Positions 8,019-16,539 of a stretch of DNA of 24,000 nucleotides are shown piece by piece. How positions within the stretch are numbered: the first letter of the stretch is position 1; each line of letters starts with the position of its first letter. This stretch comes from Xylanivirga thermophila (GTDB lineage Bacteria > Bacillota > Clostridia > Caldicoprobacterales > Xylanivirgaceae). The position numbers and the translations under genes were made by a program. Under the pieces are notes generated by a model. That model made no database searches, was not told the DNA's origin, and saw nothing but the letters and a program-made list of their open reading frames with translations. Location of the stretch: assembly GCF_004138105.1 (NCBI RefSeq), contig NZ_RXHQ01000012.1, positions 52,513-76,512 of the forward strand. The letters are read 5' to 3'.

Positions 8019-9692
8019 TCACCTATTCTTTATCTCGATATACACTGTATTCTGTCCACCCTGTATCTCTATATTGGCTTCCAACTTCCACTTATCACCG
8101 TACCAATAGCTCTTGGGTCGATATATTTTGTACTTTCCCGGAGGCAAATCATTAAAAATCGCATATCCTGGAGAGCCATATATCCCTGTAATGGTTTGGG
8201 CCGAAAAATCAGATTTATCTCCATCCCAACTCTTATAACGTTCAATAAGTATTGGTAAACCGTTTATAGGCCACCCGTACCCATCCGTTACTATAACGGC
8301 CAAAGATGCACCGGCTTTATTTGGAACAAGCTCTACTACGTATTCGGATATGGAATGTCCATCCATATCCAATTGTATCCCATCCTGTACTCTAAATCTA
8401 TGTTCATCCCCTACAATCTTTTCATAACCATCTGCTTTTACATTCACATAATAATACCCATTTTCGCCCTCATCTATGTATTCACTATCATCCAGCCCAA
8501 TCCTTATACATCCATCATCCAAAGTTTCAGCACCTTTTATTATACATTCGTCTTTAGCACTATTTATTCCCTTTCTGTATATATCCACCTCTGCACCTGG
8601 TACCGGGTTATTATTTCCTACTACTTTTATGCAAGCATTTGCCCTTTTTAGATATATATCTATATCCTTTACCTGACCTGGAAAATCAAAAAAACCATTC
8701 CATGGCGCAGCCTTATCTTGTCTAAGGTCATATGACAGAAATCCACTGGCTATTATATTTAGGTTATAGGCACCACCCTGTTCTCCCCCACCAACCGGCC
8801 ATAATTTATCCATTTTAACAAACCCATTTTCAATCTTCTTAGAAACCTTTGAGCCAAACGGTGTATCTAAAATAGCACTACCACTTGATACCTTTTTATT
8901 CTCATTATCGTATATATGTATCTGTATGCTGCAGGGTTTCTCCACCTCTATCCTATCATCTACGGTACCCCCCTCAGTTATTTGATAGTTTTTAAAGACC
9001 TGCTGTGGATGAATCATATATCCCATTGACTCCGCATCCACTTTTATCGTATATATATCCTCATCCAATCCCGCAAACAATACCTTACCGTTATCATTGG
9101 TATATAGCACCTGATGAAATATGTCCTCTTCATTGGTCTTAAACAACTCCACTTTAATGCCCTTAATAGGCTGTATATTGCTGTTTCCAACACTTTTCCA
9201 TGCATGGCACACTGTTATGCGGAGGTTGCCTCCATCACAGAGCGTCTCTTCACCTTCTAGAGATATATTTGAGGCAAGGCTGGCGAGTTTCTCCAGCTTC
9301 TTAGTATAAGGATTTAAACAGCTTACCGTTACAATAATCCGCTTATAGTCATATGGAATCGGATCCTTTTCATTTAAACCATCAGCCGGATCATCTACCC
9401 AATCTACCTGAGTATCAACCCTATACTCAACCCCATCTATGGACTTTGCCATCTCTCCATCTATAATGCCGCTAGGGTTTGAGTCTACCACCCCCACTTT
9501 ATCATATGGAAGGGAGCGGATATATTCCATCTGACTGTTTGCCAGATTATGTGCAACCACATCAAGTCGGTTTTTATTGGACTGTTTTGCAGCAAATGCA
9601 AATAGTGGAATTAAAGCCGTTGCAACTATAAAAAATATGGACATGGCTATCACTAATTCTACCATAGTAAACCCTTCACTGCCTTTTTTCAT
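8019..9692 (-). CDS. Giant PilV/GspI-like minor pilin with C-terminal beta-sandwich (CarboxypepD_reg-like) modules
   Basis: MKKGSEG/FTMVELVIAMSIFFIVATALIPLF is followed by NLANSQMEYIRSLPYDKVG, a PilV-type N-domain. After it come three segments with the pattern x-V-x-(V/L)...(T/N)D..G...F..L..G.Y.I. They are VELFKT..YTNDNGKVLFAGLDEDIYTIKV, GAEVDIY..DDGCIRIGL..YYVNVKADGYE and VIVTDGYGWPINGLPILI..GYAIFNDLPPGKYKIY. ATG 9692 forms an ATGA overlap with the pilB stop. The track start at 9710 is a GTG. Confidence 0.7.
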   Translation of the reverse strand: MKKGSEGFTMVELVIAMSIFFIVATALIPLFAFAAKQSNKNRLDVVAHNLANSQMEYIRSLPYDKVGVVDSNPSGIIDGEMAKSIDGVEYRVDTQVDWVDDPADGLNEKDPIPYDYKRIIVTVSCLNPYTKKLEKLASLASNISLEGEETLCDGGNLRITVCHAWKSVGNSNIQPIKGIKVELFKTNEEDIFHQVLYTNDNGKVLFAGLDEDIYTIKVDAESMGYMIHPQQVFKNYQITEGGTVDDRIEVEKPCSIQIHIYDNENKKVSSGSAILDTPFGSKVSKKIENGFVKMDKLWPVGGGEQGGAYNLNIIASGFLSYDLRQDKAAPWNGFFDFPGQVKDIDIYLKRANACIKVVGNNNPVPGAEVDIYRKGINSAKDECIIKGAETLDDGCIRIGLDDSEYIDEGENGYYYVNVKADGYEKIVGDEHRFRVQDGIQLDMDGHSISEYVVELVPNKAGASLAVIVTDGYGWPINGLPILIERYKSWDGDKSDFSAQTITGIYGSPGYAIFNDLPPGKYKIYRPKSYWYGDKWKLEANIEIQGGQNTVYIEIKNR

Positions 9693-11434
9693 ACTATCAC
9701 CCTTAGACACTCCTCAAGGGAGGTTATACCCCTTCTTACCTTATCAAGGCCATCCTGCCTCAATGGTACCATACCACACCCTATTGCCCTGTCCTTTATT
9801 TCAAAGGCAGAACCCCTATTAAGTATAAGATGTTCAATTTCATCCGTCATTCTTAATACTTCAAATATGCCCATTCTCCCCTTATATCCTGTATAATTAC
9901 AATGCAGACAGCCTTTGGGCTTATATAGATTTATACTATCCTCATCATCTCCCATGGGAAAATCAGGCACGCTATTTAGAATCTCATGTCTGGTTAGTGT
10001 ATAGCTTGACTTGCAAAGGGGACATAAAACCCTTACAAGCCTTTGAGCCACTACTCCAACTAATGATGAAGCAGTAAGATATGGCTCTATCCCCATATCA
10101 TTTAATCTGGTAACGGCACCTGCTGCATCGTTAGTATGAAGTGTTGAAAGTACCAAGTGTCCAGTCAATGCAGATTCTACTGCTATTCTGGCCGTTTCCT
10201 CGTCCCTTATCTCACCTACCATTATAATATCAGGATCGCTCCTTAGAATGGATCTGAGTCCTGATGCAAATGTCATACCGGCACGGGTATTTACCTGTAT
10301 TTGGTTCAACCCCTCAAGGCGCCTCTCTATTGGATCCTCTATGGTGATTATATTCCTATCTTCCGAATTAAGCTCCACAAGCGTGGAATAAAGGGTCGTG
10401 CTCTTACCGCTCCCAGTGGGCCCTGTAACTAGTATAAATCCATATGGAAATCCTATTATATCCCTATAATGTCCAAGTTGATTTTTAGGAAACCCCAGCT
10501 CTTCTAGTGTAATAAGCTTTGAATTACGCTCTAAAAGCCGCATGGTAAGCTTTTCTCCATAGGCTGTAGGAAGTGAAGCAACCCTCACATCTATAATCTT
10601 GTCATCTACCTTTATACTCATTCTGCCATCCTGAGGTATACGCCTTTCAGCTATATCCATATTTCCCATTACCTTTAGCCTTGAAACTAAAGATGGGTGT
10701 ATCTCCTTGGGCTGACGCATAGCCTCCTGCATCACTCCATCTATGCGGAAACGCACACGCATATCCTTTTCCTGGGGCTCTATATGTATATCGCTTGCAG
10801 AAGCATGCACCGCCTGCACAAATATCTGATTTGCAAGCTGCACTGCAGGTTTTTCACTACCCATATCCTGTTTAATATCCATATCGTCATAATCCACAAC
10901 ATCCATGGAACTATTCCCATATAAAAATGAATAGGCAGTAGATTTAATATTTTCATATTCTTCACCCCGCCCGTTAGACTCCCCTTTAGCCTCTGATAGT
11001 GAAAAATTATGAATAGCTGCCTTTAAATCGCTATCGGCTATTACCACAGGTTCTATATCATAACCTGTCAATATCCTAAGATCATCTACTGCTATCACAT
11101 CACTAGGATTTAGCATAGCAACCTGCAAATACTGACCATTAAAACGTATGGGCAATGCCTGATATTGGGCAGCCAGTTCAGCAGATAACAGTCCGACAGC
11201 ATTTTTATCTATGGATAGATCATTTAGCGATATAAAGGGTACACCGGATATATGTGCCAACGCCCGGGCTACCTGTTCTTCTGTGCAATATCCCATATCT
11301 ACCAATAACTGACCCAGCCTTACCCGTCTTCCAACTTCTAAACCCTTTTTTTGAGTCTCCAGAGCCCTTTTTAACTGTTTATCTGTAATTATATGATTAT
11401 TCTTTAGGTACTCACCTATATAGCTTATCTCCAT
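9689..11434 (-). CDS. pilB: Type IV pilus assembly (extension) ATPase PilB / GspE family
   Basis: N-terminal T2SSE_N/MshEN-like repeats, Walker A GPTGSGKST, Asp box, Walker B region IIMVGEIRD and His box TGHLVLSTLHTND. The C-terminal tetracysteine CPLC...CLHC is typical of PilB and absent from PilT. ATG 11434 overlaps the pilO TGA by 1 nt. The track start at 11437 is a TTG. Confidence 0.95.
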   Translation of the reverse strand: MEISYIGEYLKNNHIITDKQLKRALETQKKGLEVGRRVRLGQLLVDMGYCTEEQVARALAHISGVPFISLNDLSIDKNAVGLLSAELAAQYQALPIRFNGQYLQVAMLNPSDVIAVDDLRILTGYDIEPVVIADSDLKAAIHNFSLSEAKGESNGRGEEYENIKSTAYSFLYGNSSMDVVDYDDMDIKQDMGSEKPAVQLANQIFVQAVHASASDIHIEPQEKDMRVRFRIDGVMQEAMRQPKEIHPSLVSRLKVMGNMDIAERRIPQDGRMSIKVDDKIIDVRVASLPTAYGEKLTMRLLERNSKLITLEELGFPKNQLGHYRDIIGFPYGFILVTGPTGSGKSTTLYSTLVELNSEDRNIITIEDPIERRLEGLNQIQVNTRAGMTFASGLRSILRSDPDIIMVGEIRDEETARIAVESALTGHLVLSTLHTNDAAGAVTRLNDMGIEPYLTASSLVGVVAQRLVRVLCPLCKSSYTLTRHEILNSVPDFPMGDDEDSINLYKPKGCLHCNYTGYKGRMGIFEVLRMTDEIEHLILNRGSAFEIKDRAIGCGMVPLRQDGLDKVRRGITSLEECLRVIV

Positions 11435-11991
11435 CAATTATCACCCTGTTTATCCGAATTTTCCTGCCTATAAAAGGCTCTGCATGACATATTCACATTG
11501 AGCTCACTCGTATCAGATTGCCGTCCCATTGAAATACTATCAATCCTTATCAGCCTGTTATATCCATCTAACGCATCTAAAAAATTCAGTAGGGAAAAAT
11601 AATTAGCATCTATTGTAATGCTCATGGGCATCGCTACAAAGCCTTCCGACGGCTCACTACCGTCAAAACTTATATGTTTAAGACGTGCCCCAGATGCATT
11701 TAAAAGCCTATCCATATCTTTTATAATATCCTGTTCGTCAGGCGTATCTGGTATCAATCTCCCATATAGTGCTAATTTTTGCTCAAATTGAGGATAATCT
11801 TCCTTTAGCTTGTTTAATACCTGAAGCCTTACCTGTGATTTTAGTAAATCGTCTTGAGCCATAGTAATTTTATACTGTATATCCCCTATATTTTTATATT
11901 CTAAATATACTATAATTGCAAAACATGTCACTGTAATGATAAGTAAAACCAATAAAATTTGATTGGATACCGATTTATTTACCATCTTCAT
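11434..11991 (-). CDS. pilO: PilO-like pilus alignment protein
   Basis: Short cytoplasmic N-terminus, one TM helix (ILLVLLIITVTCFAIIVYL) and a coiled-coil segment, followed by a ferredoxin-like C-domain (PMSITIDANYFSLLNFLDALDGYNRLIRIDSISM). It sits after pilM-pilN. Confidence 0.75.
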   Translation of the reverse strand: MKMVNKSVSNQILLVLLIITVTCFAIIVYLEYKNIGDIQYKITMAQDDLLKSQVRLQVLNKLKEDYPQFEQKLALYGRLIPDTPDEQDIIKDMDRLLNASGARLKHISFDGSEPSEGFVAMPMSITIDANYFSLLNFLDALDGYNRLIRIDSISMGRQSDTSELNVNMSCRAFYRQENSDKQGDN

Positions 11992-12556
11992 CCCTATCGC
12001 CCGCCTTTAATATAGCCCTTATTTCAAATTGTACAATCCCTTGGTCATCCATATTCGTATAATCGGAAAATTCACACGATACATCTTCCCATAGAACGCT
12101 TGTTTTTAATTGATCGATAAATTCTGATACCGCCCCATGGCTATGGGAAAAACCCCGTATAGTGATATTTCCTTCATCAGAAAAACTTCCATCCATCCCA
12201 TCTAGCCACACACCATATGGCGTGCAGTATCCTACTTCTCCCATGATTTTCTTCCAATCTATTCTAGGATCTCCTGCTTTCTTTATGGTGCTTTCGAGCA
12301 TATCCATATCTCTCTTAGCCGTTTCATATTGTCCCATTTTATTTATCTGTTGCTCCATTATGCCCTTTTGCTGCTCCAATCTGTCATTCTCAAGCTTTAA
12401 TGACACTTCATATACCTTCATAATTGATAAAGCAGCTATCCCTATTAAAAACGCTATAATTATTGCTATTATATATATCCTTTGAATATACTTTTTGTGT
12501 TGCTCTAACCTTATTTCCTGTGGCAAAAGACTAATATTGTCTTTAAGGGGTATCAT
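11975..12556 (-). CDS. pilN: PilN-like pilus alignment protein
   Basis: The N-terminal ISLLPQEIR matches the conserved INLLP PilM-binding motif, followed by a TM helix (IYIIAIIIAFLIGIAALSI) and a coiled coil. ATGA overlap with the pilM stop. Confidence 0.8.
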   Translation of the reverse strand: MIPLKDNISLLPQEIRLEQHKKYIQRIYIIAIIIAFLIGIAALSIMKVYEVSLKLENDRLEQQKGIMEQQINKMGQYETAKRDMDMLESTIKKAGDPRIDWKKIMGEVGYCTPYGVWLDGMDGSFSDEGNITIRGFSHSHGAVSEFIDQLKTSVLWEDVSCEFSDYTNMDDQGIVQFEIRAILKAGDRDEDGK

Positions 12557-13443
12557 AAGCCAATCCCCCTCAAAGCCAAACTGGTCTCCACCGCCGTATT
12601 ATATGCAGATTTTAATGGAACTACTGGAATGGATAGGGCACTTTCAAGAGGCGCTATAGTATCATTTACACATCGCGGTTGACCGCATAAAAACACCTTC
12701 TGTATATCAACTGATTGAGAATGGGTCTGGTAATATTTTATGGAGGACACTACCTCAGATATTTCCTTGTGCATTCCTTTATCTGGTTCAATATTCGAAG
12801 GAGCATTTACAGAAAAATGCCTTGCAAGACGGGGTATGCCATTTTGGATAATAAGTATAGCTCCATTCCCGTCGAAGAGATGAACCATCGCCACGCCACT
12901 ATTTTGTGCCTCCAGAGGCAACATTCTTAAAAGTGCAATGGGTAGATAATCAATATCGGATATATCTAACCCTGACTCTGAAAAAGCTACTATGAAATCA
13001 TTCACCATCTTTTTAGATGCAGCCACCATCAAAGCCTCCAGCTGTTCACCCTGCTCGCCCTTTTTTCGGTCCACTATTATATAATCTAATACCACATCCT
13101 CTACAGGCATAGGAATATACTCCTGAGCTTGATATTTTACAAAGCCTGCCAACTTGTCCTCAGGAAGATCAGGGAAATATGCAAATCTTGCAATCACGCC
13201 ACTGTTCGATATGCCAAGTATTATATTATCCTTGCCTAGTTTATACTTAGACCACATGCCCTTTATCCCTTCTGAAACCTTATAGACATCCAATATTATG
13301 CCATCTTTTACTGCCCCATCAGGCAAGGGATACTCAAATTCACCCCTACATACTGGCTTTTTCTGTACCTTTTCAAAGGATACAGCCCTTATTATATGAT
13401 CATATACAACAACACCTATAGCCTTCCTGCGTAAAACTCTCAT
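12553..13443 (-). CDS. pilM: PilM, actin-like (ASKHA) pilus assembly protein
   Basis: 296 aa with PilM-like segments (GVVVYDHIIRAV, DGIILD, EYIPMPVEDVVLDY, AASKKMVNDF, GLDISDID). It lies directly upstream of pilN, with an AGGAGGT SD inside the end of pilC. It is somewhat shorter than typical PilM. Confidence 0.8.
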   Translation of the reverse strand: MRVLRRKAIGVVVYDHIIRAVSFEKVQKKPVCRGEFEYPLPDGAVKDGIILDVYKVSEGIKGMWSKYKLGKDNIILGISNSGVIARFAYFPDLPEDKLAGFVKYQAQEYIPMPVEDVVLDYIIVDRKKGEQGEQLEALMVAASKKMVNDFIVAFSESGLDISDIDYLPIALLRMLPLEAQNSGVAMVHLFDGNGAILIIQNGIPRLARHFSVNAPSNIEPDKGMHKEISEVVSSIKYYQTHSQSVDIQKVFLCGQPRCVNDTIAPLESALSIPVVPLKSAYNTAVETSLALRGIGL

Positions 13444-13444
13444 G

Positions 13445-14653
13445 TTAACCTCCTATTTGCGTTACAGCAGTAAATATGGGCATATACAAGGAAATGAGTA
13501 TTGTACCTATCAACACACCTACTATAATGAGCATAAGTGGCTCTATAACAGATGTAAGATTTTTTGCCATGGTAACCACTTCATCTTCATAAAATTCCGC
13601 AATACGCTTTAACAGATTAGGAAGATTTCCCGTTTCTTCGCCTACAGCCATCATCTGTATCATCATGGGAGGAAATACAGCATGTTGCCCCAAAGGCTGG
13701 GATATATTTTTCCCCTCCTGTATGTAATTGGCTGCATCCATTACCCCTTCCTGAATTATAATACTGCCAGATGACAGACCGGCTTGATTTAATGCCTGCA
13801 CCACTGGTATTCCACTATCTAACAGAGTAGCAAAGGTACGGGAAAAACGTGCTATTATGGTCCGATGATATAATGGTCCAAACCCTGGCATCCTAAGGCG
13901 CATCTGCTCCCAGCGTTTCTTACCAACCGGACTTTTTCTATATGCTTTTATTCCCGTAACAACTGCTACAATGGAAAATATCCATATGTACCAGTACTGC
14001 CTGAGGGAATTAGACATGGACATCACACCGCGAGTTAGGGCAGGTAATTCCATATCTGGCGGGAAAAAGTCTTTAAATAGTGGCACTAAAAAATAAAGCA
14101 TTCCAAAAAACATCATAAAGGAAAAAAGCAATACCATCATGGGATATGAAGTGGCAGAACGCACATTATCATTTAAAGACTTTTCCTTTTGTAATTGATC
14201 AGATAATCTCTCAAGCATCTCACCTAAAGCACCGCTAGTCTCCCCAGCCTTTACCATACCTATATATAATGAAGAAAATATATCGGGATATGCCTCCATA
14301 GCATCACTTAATGCCATTCCACCCTCTACATTAGCAGCAATATCTTTAATAGCTGCCTTAAGAGTAGGGTTTTCAGACTGGCTACTTAATGTATACAATG
14401 ATCTAGTAATAGGTATGCCTGCATCTATCATAGATGCAAACTGACGGCTAAATAGACTTATATCTCCTAATTTTACCTTTTTTGATTTCTTTAAAAAAGC
14501 TATACGTTGCTCCTTTTTATCGGGTTTTATATCTATTACACGGGCATCCATTCTCTTAAGTCTATCTACCACTTCACCTTCACCATCAGCTTTTATATTT
14601 CCTGTTATTATCTGACCGGATTTGTTTATAGCCTCATATGCATAATTCTGCAA
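13445..14653 (-). CDS. pilC: PilC, type IV pilus inner-membrane platform protein (GspF family)
   Basis: 402 aa with two T2SSF repeats (FSRQFASMIDAGIPI... and FSRTFATLLDSGIPV...), three TM regions and an N-terminus Y.YEAINKSGQIITGNI typical of PilC. TTG start with GGTGGTGA SD about 7 nt upstream. There is no in-frame ATG nearby. Confidence 0.9.
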   Translation of the reverse strand: MQNYAYEAINKSGQIITGNIKADGEGEVVDRLKRMDARVIDIKPDKKEQRIAFLKKSKKVKLGDISLFSRQFASMIDAGIPITRSLYTLSSQSENPTLKAAIKDIAANVEGGMALSDAMEAYPDIFSSLYIGMVKAGETSGALGEMLERLSDQLQKEKSLNDNVRSATSYPMMVLLFSFMMFFGMLYFLVPLFKDFFPPDMELPALTRGVMSMSNSLRQYWYIWIFSIVAVVTGIKAYRKSPVGKKRWEQMRLRMPGFGPLYHRTIIARFSRTFATLLDSGIPVVQALNQAGLSSGSIIIQEGVMDAANYIQEGKNISQPLGQHAVFPPMMIQMMAVGEETGNLPNLLKRIAEFYEDEVVTMAKNLTSVIEPLMLIIVGVLIGTILISLYMPIFTAVTQIGG

Positions 14654-14684
14654 CTTTTATTCACCACCATCCTATATAAATGGA

Positions 14685-15767
14685 TTATAAAAACAAACCA
14701 TTTCCAATACCCTGATTTATTATTATCCGTTCAAGTTCCTGCCTATCTACACAGTTTTCAAAGGCATCCTCCCTAGTAATCTTACCTGAAACATATAACT
14801 TTCCAAGGGACTGATCCATGGTCTGCATGCCCATGGCACCATTTGTCTGTATGACAGTATACAATTGATGTTCCTTATTATCACGTATAAGATTGCGCAC
14901 TGGAGGACAGCCTAGCATAAGCTCAACAGCAAGCACTCTACCCTTACCTGAAGCATGGGGAATGAGTTTTTGAGATATGACCGCCTGTAGGGAATTTGCA
15001 AGCTGCTGCCTTACCTGCTCCCGTTCATCATGGCTAAATATATCCACTATCCTGCTTATGGTGAGGGGGGCTGTCTGGGTATGCAGAGTAGATAATACCA
15101 AATGCCCTGTCTCCGCCGCTGTAAGGGCAACGGATACGCTTGATAAATCCCTCATCTCCCCAATCAGTATAACATCCGGATCATGCCGTAATACATGTCT
15201 TAACGCCTCTGAAAACGAATGGGTATCCACTCCCACCTCCCTTTGGCGGACTATGGACTTTTTATGCCTATGTAAAAACTCTATAGGATCCTCTATGGTA
15301 ACTATATTAAGACTCCTACTATTATTCATAAGTTCTATCATAGAAGCAAGGGTAGTGGATTTACCACTACCTGTAGGACCTGTAACTAGTACTAAGCCAC
15401 TTTTTAAAGTACATAATCTTTCAACTGCCTGCGGCAAACCCAATTTTTTTATATCCGGTACATCATAGGGCACCACTCTAAATACTGCCGCTAGGCTCCC
15501 ACGTTGATACATAATATTACCTCTAAACCTGGCAAGGGAAGGAATAGAATATGAAAAATCCAGCTCAAGATCATGCTTTAATTGGTATATCTGCTCATCT
15601 GTAAGTATGGAAAAGAGCATCTCCTCCAGGCTTTCAGGTGTTAGTAAAGGATAGTCCTGTGGAATAAGGAGCCCATCTATACGTATATATGGTGATGCCC
15701 CTGCTACCAGATGCAGATCTGACGCCTTCTTATTTACAGTCAACTCTAAAAGCTCATTTATATCCAT
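14685..15767 (-). CDS. pilT: PilT, type IV pilus retraction (twitching) ATPase
   Basis: 360 aa. ASDLHL, Walker A GPTGSGKSTT, ILIGEMRD and GHLVLSTLHT, plus the PilT-specific C-terminal region PVRNLIRDNKEHQLYTVIQT..GMQTMDQSL. No T2SSE_N domain and no tetracysteine motif. Confidence 0.95.
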   Translation of the reverse strand: MDINELLELTVNKKASDLHLVAGASPYIRIDGLLIPQDYPLLTPESLEEMLFSILTDEQIYQLKHDLELDFSYSIPSLARFRGNIMYQRGSLAAVFRVVPYDVPDIKKLGLPQAVERLCTLKSGLVLVTGPTGSGKSTTLASMIELMNNSRSLNIVTIEDPIEFLHRHKKSIVRQREVGVDTHSFSEALRHVLRHDPDVILIGEMRDLSSVSVALTAAETGHLVLSTLHTQTAPLTISRIVDIFSHDEREQVRQQLANSLQAVISQKLIPHASGKGRVLAVELMLGCPPVRNLIRDNKEHQLYTVIQTNGAMGMQTMDQSLGKLYVSGKITREDAFENCVDRQELERIIINQGIGNGLFL

Positions 15768-15769
15768 AT

Positions 15770-16537
15770 TTAATTTTCCCCCTCAGTGGGAATCTCGCTT
15801 GGCTGTTCACGAGAAACTATATTTTCTGGTATGTCCAGTTTGCTTATAAGTTCCTTCACCTTTTCTATGGATTCCAAGGTACCTTGAACCCATATACTAT
15901 TTAGATTTCCCTCTACTACTATGACCTCTACAGGTAGAGACAATTGCCGTATCTTTTCATTTAATGCATCTGAAGATATGTATCTTAAATCAAACTTTGT
16001 AATTTGCATATCCAAAAAGAAATCCTTCTTAAGAGTTTCATAATTTCCTACAATTATTACATTATTCTGCCTTGTATACCCCATTCCCTGGGACTGTATC
16101 ACATATTCCATAGCCTCATATACTGGCACATCTTTAAGCTCTATATTTACCTTTGAAGAACTATTCTCAAGGAGCATAATATTTATGTCCATGATATTTG
16201 AAAACATATTTAATACATCATAAAGCGCTGCTCCCTTTATATTTATGGTTACATTATTTTGTGTGCTGTTATTAACCTGTCCTGTGGAGCTTAATCTAAG
16301 ACTTTGCCCAGGATATATAATGTTTTTATCCTTTAAACCATTTAGGCTTATGATATCATCCATGGGCACTCCTACACTGCGTGAAATCTTCTGCAATGTA
16401 TCTCCTTTTTTTACTATGTACAAGCGCTCCCCAGGACCATCACTGTAGGCGGGAGAAGGGAACAGCCCAAGGGTAAATACTGCTACCATAATATATATAT
16501 ATATGACCTTTAGTCGTATACTTATTTTTCTTTTCAT
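15770..16537 (-). CDS. Secreted LysM + secretin N0 (STN-like) + N1 (Secretin_N-like) domain protein lacking a secretin beta-barrel
   Basis: Signal peptide (..LFPSPAYS/DG). LysM domain YIVKKGDTLQKISRSVGVPMDDIISLNGLKDKNIIYPGQSLRL. N0-like segment VTINIKGAALYDVLNMFSNIMDINIMLLENSSSKVNIELKDVPVYEAMEYVIQSQGMGYTRQNNVIIVGN. N1-like segment ITKFDLRYISSDALNEKIRQLSLPVEVIVVEGNLNSIWVQGTLESIEKVKELISKLDIP. The protein ends about 20 aa later (255 aa in total). The domain calls are by eye against remembered PilQ/GspD consensus. Confidence 0.65.
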   Translation of the reverse strand: MKRKISIRLKVIYIYIMVAVFTLGLFPSPAYSDGPGERLYIVKKGDTLQKISRSVGVPMDDIISLNGLKDKNIIYPGQSLRLSSTGQVNNSTQNNVTINIKGAALYDVLNMFSNIMDINIMLLENSSSKVNIELKDVPVYEAMEYVIQSQGMGYTRQNNVIIVGNYETLKKDFFLDMQITKFDLRYISSDALNEKIRQLSLPVEVIVVEGNLNSIWVQGTLESIEKVKELISKLDIPENIVSREQPSEIPTEGEN

Positions 16538-16539
16538 AT

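Noticed and set aside
10780-10965. 61-aa minus-strand ORF inside pilB in another frame.
   Set aside because: It is embedded out of frame in a high-confidence ATPase gene and has no SD or recognisable motif.
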